In this document: piece after piece, positions 1 through 12,243 of the stretch
Position numbering within the stretch: the first letter of the stretch is position 1
Layout: the number at the start of each line of letters is the position of its first letter
Source of the DNA: Albugo candida
Taxonomy: Eukaryota
Length of the DNA: 43,539 nucleotides
Direction of reading: 5' to 3'
Assembly: GCA_040437565.1 (NCBI GenBank)
Contig: JBDOQK010000038.1
Coordinates: forward strand, 310,001 to 353,539
The notes under the pieces: generated by a model
Told to the model about the DNA's origin: nothing
The model's input: the letters and a program-made list of their open reading frames with translations, nothing else
Databases searched by the model: none
Position numbers and translations under genes: made by a program

Positions 1-104
1 CGCTTGATACCGAGAAAATTGGACAGGATGGAATACTTAGTAGATTACAGTCTTTCATCAACGATATATCTTGGTCCGATCTTCCGACTTCACCGATAAG
101 TAAA

Positions 105-821
105 GTGGAGCTGAATGTGAATGTGAATGACACGACCAAACCGTCGGAATCGTTGTGTTTCAATGATTGGTATCAACCAATAGGATCCAATGAAGAGCCA
201 TCACGAATGAAGCGGAAACGGCCGCCTATGCACACACGACGACACTCCAACCCAGCAATTATGAATCAATTACAAGCGCTCCATCGATCAGTCAGTGTAA
301 AGTATACCCCTCCAGCTCCAAGTATACCCTTCCCTGTCTCGAACACAAATGCCGCTTGTGTTCGCGAAAATGCAGTTTTAAAAGCTTCCATACATTCGGG
401 TCACATGCGTCAATCTTCTTTACCCGAAAGCGACTTTCAAACGCATCTTCAGCAGTGCCGACCAAAAGCTGGAGTTCCTCATCGAGTCCGAAAAAGCAAA
501 GTGCGGTCCACAGGTCTCTCGATGGATTTGTCTCACATGAAATTGGATTTCCTTCCAACATCTGATGCCATGTATCCTGTTTCTTCTTTCTTGGAGGAAG
601 ACGCAACCAGTATACACGGTAACCGTAAGCTATACAAGTGTGGACGGTGTGGACAACCTAAAGTCGGGCATGTGTGCACGATGCCCGATCACCGAAACAA
701 TTGGACGCAAATCGATTTGGATGTTACAAAAGGTTGTAACAAAGTGACACGCACAAGCTGCGCATCATTAACGGTTAAAACACTCTGGATTCCACAACAC
801 CCGGATCATGGTCTATTTTGA
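105..821 (+). CDS. Hypothetical protein with C-terminal YKCGRCGQPKVGHVC (CxxC..H.C) zinc-binding-like motif; start uncertain (first in-frame ATG at 207)
   Basis: 238-codon ORF; low-complexity N-terminal part; CxxCxxxxxxHxC motif of a kind common in stramenopile hypothetical proteins. Confidence 0.65.
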   Translation: MELNVNVNDTTKPSESLCFNDWYQPIGSNEEPSRMKRKRPPMHTRRHSNPAIMNQLQALHRSVSVKYTPPAPSIPFPVSNTNAACVRENAVLKASIHSGHMRQSSLPESDFQTHLQQCRPKAGVPHRVRKSKVRSTGLSMDLSHMKLDFLPTSDAMYPVSSFLEEDATSIHGNRKLYKCGRCGQPKVGHVCTMPDHRNNWTQIDLDVTKGCNKVTRTSCASLTVKTLWIPQHPDHGLF

Positions 822-989
822 ATACGAACTTTTGACGTTTTGGCTAAGCGAGCTTTTGAACTTTAGAGGTACTGAGGCTTTTGATTGGCTCATAAGCAAT
901 ACCAATTCATGCAATCAAACAATGTCGTTCGTTTTTTGCCTTTTCTCACAGGCGACTGTCCATAAAAAAACTTGAATTGACCTTCTCCC

Positions 990-2222
990 ATGCATCCGTG
1001 CTCTTTGCTACTCGCTCTATGTTTGTTGCTGCACACGCGTTTTGTATTCACACGACGAGAATCTGATTCCGACGATGGATTGAAGAGGAGTTCGCAAGCG
1101 GATCTACCGCGGCTTTCTATTCGTTCGATTGATTCCCCACACATCCGACAAGGTTCAAAGTCGCCATTTACGCGCTCATGGTCTGTTGACGCCCCCGCGA
1201 GTTCTCATCTGAAGCTCGAACAATTGGTTTTGAGTCTTCCTGGTCGTGTGTATGTGAATCAGACAAAATCTTTAGAATCGGCTAAATTACAAAAGCAGTC
1301 GCTCGCACATATTATCATCCAATCCGATTCAGATATTTTATCTCAGATCGATCTTGAAACCCTACATCACCATCACAGTGGACTTCGTCTTGAATGTGAC
1401 CTGCTTTATAATCAGAATATCACAACGACCATTCTACTGCATGATCCGTCTCAATTGGTCAAACTAGCTCTGCTTGCACCAAACGAGTTTGCTGTTATTG
1501 GTCAAAACGTGTTACGAAATAATGACTCTATCGCGCTCGTGACGAATGGTGGTGGCAATCTGATTCTCGATATTCCAACCACACAACTATCCGCTCAGTC
1601 TGTCACACTCACCAGCATCGGTCGTGGTAACCTGAATGTGCGCGCAGCTTCCATTCAGACCAAACGGATAACACTTCTCACCACCGGAAATGGAAATATT
1701 ACATTTCTAACCCATTCCTTCGTGTGCGAGCAATTATATGCCAGTAGCGCCGCCAATGGCTCCACGCAGGTAAAAACTGGTAAATTATCGATATCAAACA
1801 TTGAGATTCAAAGTTCCGGCGCTGGAAATATCAATTTGTGGGCAAAATGGTCGCAAAAGTGTCAATATGAAAGCCTTAGTATCACTTCTTCAAGCACAAT
1901 CGATACAGCCAGCGTCTCGTGTCAGGAAGGGAATGTGATTGTGAGCGGCGACGGTGTCGCTATGATCAATGTAGTGGACAACTTACGCGCAAGGATACTT
2001 AACGGAGGGAAGATTTTGTATGTAAAGCGACCGAAACAAATGGAAGGAGAGGCAACACAACTTCAAAAGTATGAAGTCAACACTTTGCTTGGATGGAATT
2101 TGAACGAATCAGTGCCGAGGAGAACGTTTAGAGGTGAATGGATGGCTGTTTGTTTGATTGGAGTTGTGGTTGTGATGGTGCGTTATCGAAAGCGATTTAT
2201 CTATGAACGGATTCAAAATTAA
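990..2222 (+). CDS. Type I membrane protein with putative auto-transporter adhesin head (GIN/DUF2807-like beta-helix) domain
   Basis: Hydrophobic N-terminus (LLLALCLLL); repeated G-x-G-x-I turns (GRGNLNV, GNGNITF, GAGNINL, GDGVAMI, NGGKILY); C-terminal TM segment (WMAVCLIGVVVVMV) followed by RYRKR. Confidence 0.75.
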   Translation: MHPCSLLLALCLLLHTRFVFTRRESDSDDGLKRSSQADLPRLSIRSIDSPHIRQGSKSPFTRSWSVDAPASSHLKLEQLVLSLPGRVYVNQTKSLESAKLQKQSLAHIIIQSDSDILSQIDLETLHHHHSGLRLECDLLYNQNITTTILLHDPSQLVKLALLAPNEFAVIGQNVLRNNDSIALVTNGGGNLILDIPTTQLSAQSVTLTSIGRGNLNVRAASIQTKRITLLTTGNGNITFLTHSFVCEQLYASSAANGSTQVKTGKLSISNIEIQSSGAGNINLWAKWSQKCQYESLSITSSSTIDTASVSCQEGNVIVSGDGVAMINVVDNLRARILNGGKILYVKRPKQMEGEATQLQKYEVNTLLGWNLNESVPRRTFRGEWMAVCLIGVVVVMVRYRKRFIYERIQN

Positions 2223-2462
2223 TCGACGCCCATTCGAAATGTAATTGTGCAATTGACGAATGGATAACACGATGCTTGGGATGGAGTTAAATTGCTGCAA
2301 TCGACATTCTAGTTGAGACACTAATGAAATGCGTTGTTAATAATATTGCCTTGTTAGTACTTTGTATGATTGGTCAATACGCGCGACCGAATTGATGCAA
2401 TTCAATATAAAGATATCCAAAAGTGTATACTGGTCAAGCAATCCAAGACTGGTTTAGTCAAT

Positions 2463-4202
2463 TCAAAAGCTTGTTCCGTGTTCCAAAAACTGTTCTCGTG
2501 TAACTTTGCTACACGTTTCATACTGATCTGCAGTCAGAACGCATCCCTCCCAAGCGGCCAAAATTGGACTAACGACTACATAAGTAATTGTAAGAATCGA
2601 AAGAATTGCACGTACTCGCGAATCGAACAAAAATGAATTGGGTAGTGTGTCGGAACAATTGGACGCAATTCGGCGAGCAAACGATCTTTAAAATTCGGGA
2701 ATTTCGAATTCCCTCCAACAAGTAATATTTGCTGATATAATAAAGGCTGAATGTCGGCAGGACACAAATCAATTGACTGCACAATGACCGAAGCGATACC
2801 TGCTTGATCAATACCGATATCAGATGGATAGAAGAGAATTTCTGGAACTCGGATCAGCTCCAAGCCTAATGAAATGTACTGTGTAGATGATGTTAATTGC
2901 GCTGGGTCGACTTCTTTGCCGTTAAAATTTGATATAAAGTCTGGAAGTAGCCAATTTTTGTTTTTGTCCAATGATGTCGAAGTTCGAAATTGCTCCATTT
3001 CCGTTTGGAAGGAAGTGGCGCAATAACACTGAGCTTCTTTGAGTTGCTCCATAAGATTATATTCTTGTGATACATTATATTGACGAGTGGTGATCAATTC
3101 TTTGAGGTAGTTGGTGAGTAGTTTANNNNNNNNNNNNNNNNNNNNNNNNNNNNNNNNNNNNNNNNNNNNNNNNNNNNNNNNNNNNNNNNNNNNNNNNNNN
3201 NNNNNNNNNNNNNNNNNNNNNNNNNGTGGTGATCAATTCTTTGAGGTAGTTGGTGAGTAGTTTACCTCCGACACTTAATCGCTTCACACCCGGATAGTAA
3301 ACCTGACCATTTATCACGGGTATTACATGTGTGAAGGAAAACCCTGTATCCACCACTAAATATCCTTGAGAGCGATTCTTGGACATATGCGCTTGTGTAT
3401 TGACACACATCAACGCACTTGACACACGACAAAACGAATCGAATCCAAACTCCTCAAATACAACTTGATCCATTGTCTCTCCAATCTTCTTTAGGCCAAG
3501 AGGAGGCGCAGTGCATACACAACCAATCTCAGTTCCTGGTGCGATTTCAACATTCAGCANNNNNNNNNNNNNNNNNNNNNNNNNNNNNNNNNNNNNNNNN
3601 NNNNNNNNNNNNNNNNNNNNNNNNNNNNNNNNNNNNNNNNNNNNNNNNNNNNNNNNNNNACTTGACACACGACAAAACGAATCGAATCCAAACTCCTCAA
3701 ATACAACTTGATCCATTGTCTCTCCGATCTTCTTTAGGCCAAGAGGAGGCGCAGTGCATACACAACCAATCTCAGTTCCTGGTGCGATTTCAACATTCAG
3801 CATCTACGTGAAACTATGCTCTTTGAAAGGATATCATTAGTACAAGGTTATGAGGAAAACCTGAGAACTGAATAGGTGACTCCAAATTTCCGACTCAATA
3901 TTCCAATTCACGCAATATCCGCTGCAGGTTATCTATTACATTACGCAGAGAATCAAGTGTGAAAATCATCATTCGTACCGTTCGATTGGTCGTAAATACG
4001 TCATTTTCTCGCGCTGGTGCTCTTTTGTGAGTAACTGTTCTCCAATCCAGAGTTTGCTTCCATCTGAGCTTGAGGCCGCACAGTTCCTGAGCAAATGCGG
4101 ATGATACGTTTTAACCACAGGCGACTCTTGGCCGATTTCCCCGGTGAGGACGACAGAAGCTTTGATTGTGTGGCCGCCATTATCAATAGCCACGACCTTC
4201 AT
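2463..4202 (-). CDS. ARP6: Actin-related protein 6 (SWR1 complex); spliced and crossed by two gaps with duplicated flanks
   Basis: Actin-fold motifs AIDNGGHTIKA, VFEEFGF, VVDTGFSFTHVIP, RLSVGGKLLTNYLKELIT, WLLPDF, VPEILFYPSDIGIDQAGI, GGNSKFPNFKDRL. GT..AG introns near 3978-3924, 3860-3804 and 2616-2570; last exon PILAAWEG...EQFLEHGTSF*. Confidence 0.88.
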
Positions 4203-4309
4203 GTCACAATTTGAAGTATACGGTACAATTGGTTGATTGTGCACATTCATACGACCGTCCCCTGTATTCTGCAACGTTCTTCGCCACCAACGCGCAACAA
4301 TTTCTCAGT

Positions 4310-5063
4310 ATGACGTCTTCTTTGGACGATTTGTACGTGACTCTCATCAAACCGATTCCATTTGTTGCTGACTTTATGTGCAATCAGTGCATCCTCTTGG
4401 CTCAAATTGCTGGAATTACATCAAAACATTCGTTGTGTCATTTCGAACACTTCTGTAAAGCCTACAAAAGCTCGTCCTATTTGTGAAAGATTACAGCAAG
4501 ATTCCTCTACATATGTAATTTACGATCGCTCTCATATTGACCAAGTCCAACAGCAATTTACTCAGTTAGATCAACTGGTTCATATCATTGAAACAAATCT
4601 TGTCAAAGCTCTTCGGAACGCCCGAGAACAAGCGAACGTATTAACCGAACCAAATGTAATGGAAACCGAACTATCCATCGTACCGTCTTCGACCTCCAGC
4701 TTCAAGGATCATTTGTCAGCGGATTCGTATCCACACGAATACTCACTACGGAGACGGACGCAGCAATCGTATAAACAAAATAGTGAAAGCGAATTTGAAA
4801 GCAACGAAGCAGAAAGTGACTATCTGGAATCAGAAGCAGACAGTGAAAACAGCTTAGATGCTGGTTGGGCAGTGGAAAAAGTCGTAGATCATCGAATCAA
4901 ACATGAAACGAAGCAGTATTTGGTCAAGTGGAGCGGATACTTTCCCTTTGAGAATACATGGGAGGATGTAGACGCCGTTGAAGAGCATGCGCCAGAAACC
5001 GTCCGCGAATATGAAGCGATTTTGCGGAAGCGGCAAGGAACTATGGGAATGCAGATCTGTTGA
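4310..5063 (+). CDS. Chromodomain-containing protein (one 5' intron)
   Basis: ATG at 4310, GTACGT..CAG intron, coiled/acidic region, then chromodomain WAVEKVVDHRIKHETKQYLVKWSGYFPFENTWED. Confidence 0.8.
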
Positions 5064-5135
5064 AAACTTAACAAAGCGTTATGATACATTGCAAAAATAG
5101 CCAGCAATGTTTACTAAAATACATAACTCATCATT

Positions 5136-7680
5136 TCAAGATAAAATAGAGCCAAAGTCCAGAGTCTCCTGCTCAAGCTCCTGCGCCAATTGATTAAAAA
5201 TTGCTTCGTCCTCGTCATCGATCGTTGTACTTGACAGATTTGCTTGTTCGACTTTGGGGCATTGTGTTGTTGCGCGATCGTTAGCGCTACATTCGGTGCT
5301 GTTGGTAGGTTGCGTGAAGGTGCAAAATTCTTGGTCGGTATTCGAGAAGCCTATCGATTGAGAAATCGGTGCAGTCTTTGCAGATTCCACAGAGACAGAA
5401 AGCATCGGATTGATCTTTTCACGTTCCTTGGGTAGTGTATCGTTCATTTTTGGTGTATCCACTCCAGACGAAACCAAAGGGATTAATGCAACGTACGGTG
5501 CCTCATACTGAGGAAGCGATGAATGTCCTTGGTAGATGTAAGGATCCAAGCTTGCGNNNNNNNNNNNNNNNNNNNNNNNNNNNNNNNNNNNNNNNNNNNN
5601 NNNNNNNNNNNNNNNNNNNNNNNNNNNNNNNNNNNNNNNNNNNNNNNNNNNNNNNNCACAGAGACAGAAAGCATCGGATTGATCTTTTCACGTTCCTTGG
5701 GTAGTGTATCGTTCATTTTTGGTGTATCCACTCCAGACGAAACCAAAGGGATTAATGCAACGTACGGTGCCTCATACTGAGGAAGCGATGAATGTCCTTG
5801 GTAGATGTAAGGATCCAAGCTTGCGCCTGGCCTGATAATGACGTCCCTTGGATTGGTTACCATGTCTTCCTGTCCATTGTTTCGCTCGTCAATGCTGTGT
5901 GGCGGTAGCGGCGGCTGTGAATGTTTGGCTCCACTATTCGTTTGAATCAGATCTGATCTGGATGGAGCTGATACTGAGACCGTGAAGTTTGGTCGAAATA
6001 CGTTTTGGAGCGGAGGTTCCGGTGCTATAATCGCCATTTTTTCCTGTTTGATTTGAGCAACCTGAGCATAAGACTGAATGGCCTTTTGCGGATTTTGCTG
6101 TAACGATTTAAATCGAATTTTGACAGAGTCTTCCGTTCGACCTGGAAGCATTTGCGCGATCTGAGACCATTTGTTACCCATCTGATACTGTGCATGCAGC
6201 AGTATTCGATCTTCTTCCTCCGTGTACGGTCCCTTATTGATCATTGGATTCAAATGATTCTTCCAGCGCTCACGGCATTGCTTTGGCGTTCGACCAGGAA
6301 TCTGCTCCGCAATCACAGTCCAATTGTTATAGCCTCTGTAAATTAATGCCTCTAGAATTTGATCTTCACCATAAGACCAATGACCTTTGACCAAGCCAGG
6401 CTTCAATACTTTGCGCCATCGTTGTAAGCATTGCGCGTGGTTCCGATTGGGTACTAATTCGGCGATAGCTTTCCAATTTCGCTCATTGTAAAGCTGCACG
6501 CTGTACCGGAGCGCATCGTCCTGTTGTGTTGTCCATTTAGCGGCTTTTGGTGCATCGGAGTCAAAGTATTCGGAGGTACCGGAAGTATCATCAACCGGTT
6601 CTGTGGACGGTACTGATGACGCGCTCGTTTTCGACGAATTTGACTTTGTGTACGTTGTTGACACCGATTTGAAGGTTCGATACGTCTTGACGGTTCTCGT
6701 GACGTTTCTCGTTTTTGACATTTCAAACATATTTGACGATTTATGGTGCGATGAAAAATGGATCGACTGTTGCGAATGGCTTTTCTGACTTTGCTGCATT
6801 CGGAACCCTTGACGGAATTTCTGGAATCGTTTTCTTTCATCCGGAGCTTTTGCATTGTCGTGCTGCTGTTCCTTATTCTCTGAATCCGGTGTCATGGATT
6901 GTAGTACCGTATCCTTCTCTAATTCACGCAACCTCTTTTCGGGGTCCTCTAATGTGGTGGAGTGAAGCATCTGATTCATTTGCACCAGATCGGCTGGCGT
7001 GACAATCCGCGTGACTGAAGACGATGACTGCGAGCGAGTTACGGATTTATTATCCTTTGATGCACGTCGCATCTCGTCATACCATTTCTTCGTTTGTTTC
7101 TGTTCGCTGAGCTGCGCCGCATCTCCATTTTTAGCCGGATCGCTACAGAGGATGTCCGATTACTGCAATATATAAAATCAAAGCGGTTTTATTACCTGTA
7201 GTTTGGAAATATCGCGTTAAAAGAGTGAAAATTCTTATTCCCATGATTCATGATTTTGACGCGCGATGCCGCTTTCTCGACCTGATTCTGTTTCATACGA
7301 AATACCATCTCGTCATGATGCCCACGATCGCTTTCAGCGATACGATTCTCTTGACAGGCTCTTTGATGAATCGATACTTTATCACCCAATGATTTCAAAA
7401 ACTTTTGTTTTCCTTCCAATTGCGAATTGGCCATTGCTGTAATTACACGAAACTGTTTTTGTGGTTTTAATACGTGTAAATATTCGCATAATTCCTGCGA
7501 CTCATTCGAACTGAGTCCACGCAACGATTTTAGAAGCTCCAAGGAAGCTTCTTTGGGCAGTGAATGAAGCAAATTTGCTAATAAATCACCAAATGTCGAC
7601 GATTCACTCGAAGCTACCGAGTTGACTGAGGATGTGATAGTTGTTGAGGGAGAAGGAGGCGAGGATTGACAGGTTAGCAT
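5136..7680 (-). CDS. R1R2R3 (3R) Myb transcription factor
   Basis: Three Myb repeats (KWTTQQDDALR..., GHWSYGED..., GPYTEEEDRILL...). Intron ~7195-7143 joins the 7680 ORF to the 7072 ORF in frame; C-terminus continues past the gap via the duplicated 5388-5556/5657-5826 segment. Confidence 0.88.
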
Positions 7681-7836
7681 TTCGAAGCAGAATGTCGTGC
7701 TTTTGATGAAAGCGTAGAACCTGATATCGGGAATGTCCTAGAATATGCGTCCCAACTTAGGATATTTTACAGTAGTGCTATGTGAGGATGGAATCGATTA
7801 GGTGAAGTACAGGGAATGACAATTGTTGACAGTGAA

Positions 7837-9197
7837 TTATGATGCGTCTTTGAGACTCTTGTTTAACACGTGATTAATGAAATAATTGTTGTCGGTAATC
7901 GCCCAATACGGTTCCACACGAGATAAATAGTGTTTTTCCTTACACACTGAAAAAGGTACACAAGTGCCTGAATTGACGTCACGTACATCAATAATGTGTG
8001 CACTTTCGGTCTCAATATGATCGTCAAAAAAGCAGATATTATCCGCACAGTCTTCCTGAAGCAACAAGAGCTTTCCAAACTCGAAACGCTCCCCATGTGC
8101 GTGCCAGATATCCCAATAATCACGAAATGCGAACGTACACTGCGCGCTGGACGTAAATAAATGGCACAAACGCTCATAAATTCGACGAAAGCCGTAAACG
8201 GTGTCTCGGTTGCTTGAGCGATGCTGTTCCAGCAAAACGGCATCCAACGAACGTGCAGGGTCCATTGTCTGGGCGTTGTACTGCACTGTCTGAATGGTTC
8301 CGAATGTGAGTGCGGTCTCGTTTGAAGCGCTTCCTCTGCGAAAGAAAGTTCCAATCTGCTGGCTAGATTGCACCTCATCGTTGGGATTCGGAATCTGCAA
8401 GCGGAAACAATCGCTCAATACATGATGACAGTCTCCAACATAACACAATGGATGCTCTCCAACTGTCAATAAATCCAATTCTTTCGCAACATGCGGTAAA
8501 TCTTCTCCAAAAGTACGAAAAACTATCTTGATGTTGGAATCGCATTCTAATTGAAAGAGAAAAAGAATGAATGATGGTAAGAGGTAATATCGTCCTTGCT
8601 TCCATGCTTCTTTTAGTGGACCATCGGGGAATTCCATTGCAAGACGCTACAAAAAATGAGAGAATTGAGATACTGAATGAGTGAGGATGCGTACTTGAGC
8701 TTTATCACGTTGAGTTCCAGCTGGGAAATGCAGTCTCTCCATTAAATCATCGAACACGTCGCGAAGAATGTTTCCTGGACCAAGCGGATTGGTGAATGCA
8801 GATTCCAAAAGAGTTCGTTGTTTCTTGACGTTCCTACATATCGTTTGAGATGAAGACGTACAGCTGTACAGATACGGTACATGTTGAAATCGTAGGTGGA
8901 AGTCATTTTGAGTAGATCTTTTGATTGTTCTTCTTGTATTGAGGTTTGATACGGTAATTGACTCGCCACAAACTGCTTATATGTCATCGAGTTTGGAGAT
9001 GGAGGGACGACGGAAGGAGTTGTTGATGTGCATACCCATCGTGGCGTTGTTGAGGTTGGATCCACATATCCCCAAATACATTCCGATAAGAGATAATTGA
9101 CTGTATCTTCAATCGATCGAGATCCACTTGTGTCTGACATCAAAATAGTGCGATTCAGATCGAAATGTAAGATTGTTTGACGAAGATGTCGCGTCAT
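7837..9197 (-). CDS. Conserved hypothetical HAD-like protein (spliced)
   Basis: N-terminal LHFDLNRTILMSD (HAD motif-I-like DxNxT), IVFRTFGEDL, RDYWDIW, ICFFDDHI (motif-IV-like DD); ORF pieces separated by short GT-AG introns. Confidence 0.7.
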
Positions 9198-9504
9198 TCT
9201 GATGGTGATAGTGTACCGTGAGGAAATCTGAAAAGTACGAAAGGTGATATCAAATATATTGCCTTGAATTGTGTGTTGCAATTGACATATTCATCTATTC
9301 AGTGATCGTGTCACTGTAAACTGATCTCGAAGGTCGAGATGAACGCAGTTTAGTTGAGGGATCTGAGATCCGCTTGCAAAACGCGTTACGTAGTAGACGC
9401 AGTGTCGGTGCGTAGACGTCGTTGATGACTTTAGAGACATGAAGATTGGTGGGTTTGCGTTGAGCAGTAGCAGTATCTAAAGTTGAGATCGAGTGAGTGT
9501 TTCG

Positions 9505-10113
9505 CTATTTTAACTGATATAGCGTACCTGAGACATCCACAGCTTCGTGACAGATATTGGAGTGCCCACAGAAACATTCGAATGCCGCTTCCAGAGATTG
9601 TTGTGGTGGATAAGGTATTTTCCCGCGAGGGTGTCGATAGAAATCGCACCGTCCATCAGGACATTGATTGCATTTGCCTCGAAGAACGCCTGTTTGGTCT
9701 CTTCTGAATACGACGTGGTTCAGCAAATCTGCATAAGAAACATGTTGAGCAGTGATAAGATGAGTTTGACGTGAAGCTGTACCCGCTGGTAACGCGCTGA
9801 ATGGAGCCGATTTTTCCATGCTTCTGTAGTTTTTGCGAATGAAAGCTGCACATAAGTCAGCCAGAGACATTGGACAAAGTGCTCCTGCATGCATATCGTG
9901 AGAAATCGACAGTCGACACAAGCTGGAAAAAATACCAAGTTCAATGGAATAAAGATCGCGTAACCGGTATGTTCCATCGTAACCACCAAGCAGAAACATT
10001 TGATTCTCAACGAGAACGGCACGATGAAAGGTTCTGCTACATGGAAGGTTTCCAGTTGTACATACTTCCGACCATGAATTGGTGACTATATCAGCAAAAA
10101 GGTGGATCCGTCA
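9505..10113 (-). CDS. Kelch-repeat protein, C-terminal part (5' part in gap), with Cys/His-rich tail
   Basis: Kelch repeat WSEVCTTGNLPCSRTFHRAVLVENQMFLLGGYDGTYRLRDLY; SLADLCAAFI (BC-box-like); CNQCPDGRC..CFCGH tail. Confidence 0.7.
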
Positions 10114-10404
10114 NNNNNNNNNNNNNNNNNNNNNNNNNNNNNNNNNNNNNNNNNNNNNNNNNNNNNNNNNNNNNNNNNNNNNNNNNNNNNNNNNNNNNNN
10201 NNNNNNNNNNNNNATGGCTCTCACTGTATATGTATCAGTCATGCTTTCTATCAAATATCATTCGATACAGTCGCGCCTGTTTGATAGCCTGGAATTATAA
10301 CTTTTCTATGGTATACGTTCTTCCGCCAAATCGCTTAGAAATCTATTTCGCCAAACGACATACACTCTTGTAGTCGTACACAACGATCCGTATCAATTCC
10401 GTCA

Positions 10405-10986
10405 ATGCTTTCAAGAAATGTACAATCATTCATAGCAATCGCAAGTGCGGCGACATCGCTCTGTTTATGCATCCTTTCTGGCTTCGGATTCAAACGCCTC
10501 CAACATTCCTCCGACTCACTTGATAACAAGACCAATTTCGTATGTCTGTGCCTACAAGGATTTCTATTTGGTGGCACATTAGCACTCGCAGAACTGCAAT
10601 GGGAGCTCTTTTACATCTATTTCGGATTTCTACGTTTCCGTTTGGGTCGAGCAGTGTTATACTTGATCGCGGGAGGGATGACTTTGGTCATTGGAAAAAA
10701 TCTTCATCTTACACTTTTGGTCGTTGAAGGTGTCGCCTGTCTTGTAATCGCTACGATACAGATCACAGCTTCATTGTATTACGGTAATCGCGCTGGAAAT
10801 CAAAGTAAAAGCGTGGAGCCACCAAAAGAAAATGCGCCTATTTCGCGGCCGGTGGTGAGCAAACACGCACCAATACCGCTGGAGAAAGAAGTGTATTTGC
10901 CTCCAGTATTTACTCCTCCACCAACGACATCGGCGAACATTTCGCCCGTTTCTGAGTCAAATGTACCTTCCTGGATGCAGGCGTGA
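10405..10986 (+). CDS. COPI-associated (TVP15-like) multi-pass membrane protein
   Basis: Four hydrophobic helices, AELQW...YFGFLRFRLGRAVLYLIAG signature, Pro-rich tail. Confidence 0.72.
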   Translation: MLSRNVQSFIAIASAATSLCLCILSGFGFKRLQHSSDSLDNKTNFVCLCLQGFLFGGTLALAELQWELFYIYFGFLRFRLGRAVLYLIAGGMTLVIGKNLHLTLLVVEGVACLVIATIQITASLYYGNRAGNQSKSVEPPKENAPISRPVVSKHAPIPLEKEVYLPPVFTPPPTTSANISPVSESNVPSWMQA

Positions 10987-12199
10987 TGTCATTGAACGTG
11001 AGTTTTGTCACAGCAGATCAGATCTGAGTTTATGCAACAACACATCAGTTAGGTATTTGTGTGTTAGAGCAGTTATGAAAAAGAATGCGCATACTCTGCT
11101 TTATTGACTCTATATTTTACATGGTCATGCTCATGGAAATGAGCTAGCCATGAATCTACTTTAAGTCAGCAAAGAGTGATGACGTCGTGCTATGGCGCAC
11201 TATGAGTTACAAAAATTGGGATGAGTGTACAAGATTGAAAGCAGGTAACTGTTAGGCAGCGTTTGTTTAAGTTAACAGGATCCGNNNNNNNNNNNNNNNN
11301 NNNNNNNNNNNNNNNNNNNNNNNNNNNNNNNNNNNNNNNNNNNNNNNNNNNNNNNNNNNNNNNNNNNNNNNNNNNNNNNNNNNNATGCAACAACACATCA
11401 GTTAGGTATTTGTGTGTTAGAGCAGTTATGAAAAAGAACGCGCATACTTTGCTCTATTAACTTTATAATTTACATCGTCATGGTCATGGAAATGAACTAG
11501 CCATGAATCTACTTTAAGTCAGCAAAGAGTGATGACGTCGTACTATGGCGCACTATGAGGTTACAAAAATTGGGATAAGTGTACAAGATTGAAAGCAGGT
11601 AACTGTTAGGAAGTGTTTGTGTTTTAGTTAACAGGATCCGATAGTCTGGTCATACCGTCAGTGAAGCCGTTAGTTAGATGATACCCAATCCTCTTACCTG
11701 TCAGTAGTCAAGAGGAGAGTACAGCATGCACGTTCTATTCAGAACCATTATAGAAGATAGTGTATAACTACCATTGTCAACAACGAGAGTCAGTTATATA
11801 TTATAATACAGAGACTGAGCTTATAAGCTCATATCTAATGCGTGTGATAACCCTCACAATGGATTTGATCTCGCGTTCAATGTTTCAGTGATTTGAAAGA
11901 TTACCTGTTTGTAGAATACGCTGTCGATAGTGAGAAAGCGGAATCAGCAGAACATGTCAGAGTCATTATAAGAGCAATACAAGTAGAATGGATACATTTA
12001 TTAGACAAGGATCAATGCACGCTTTCCTAGTCTATTCGATAAGCGGTGAAGAATGCAATTTCGAATCACCTCGAGAACGTGATCTCTGATCCGGAGTGGA
12101 CAATGTTGTAGACTTCAAAGGATTGTTATCGAATGTTCCTTGGCAACATCTCACAGGTCGTACCTTCTTTGGGGAGTTCATAATTTCCATTCTTATTTC

Positions 12200-12213
12200 T
12201 CATTTCCAAACTT
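12200..12213 (+). promoter_or_regulatory. Oomycete Inr/FPR-like core promoter of secreted gene A
   Basis: TCATTTCCAAACTT ~30 nt upstream of ATG 12244, resembling the consensus TCAYTYBNNNWTTY. Confidence 0.5.
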
Positions 12214-12243
12214 ACCATCGACCGTACAACCGATTTCACCATT

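Noticed and set aside
11416-11782. Solo LTR (TGTT...AACA)
   Set aside because: No matching TSD, PBS or PPT and no independent second copy
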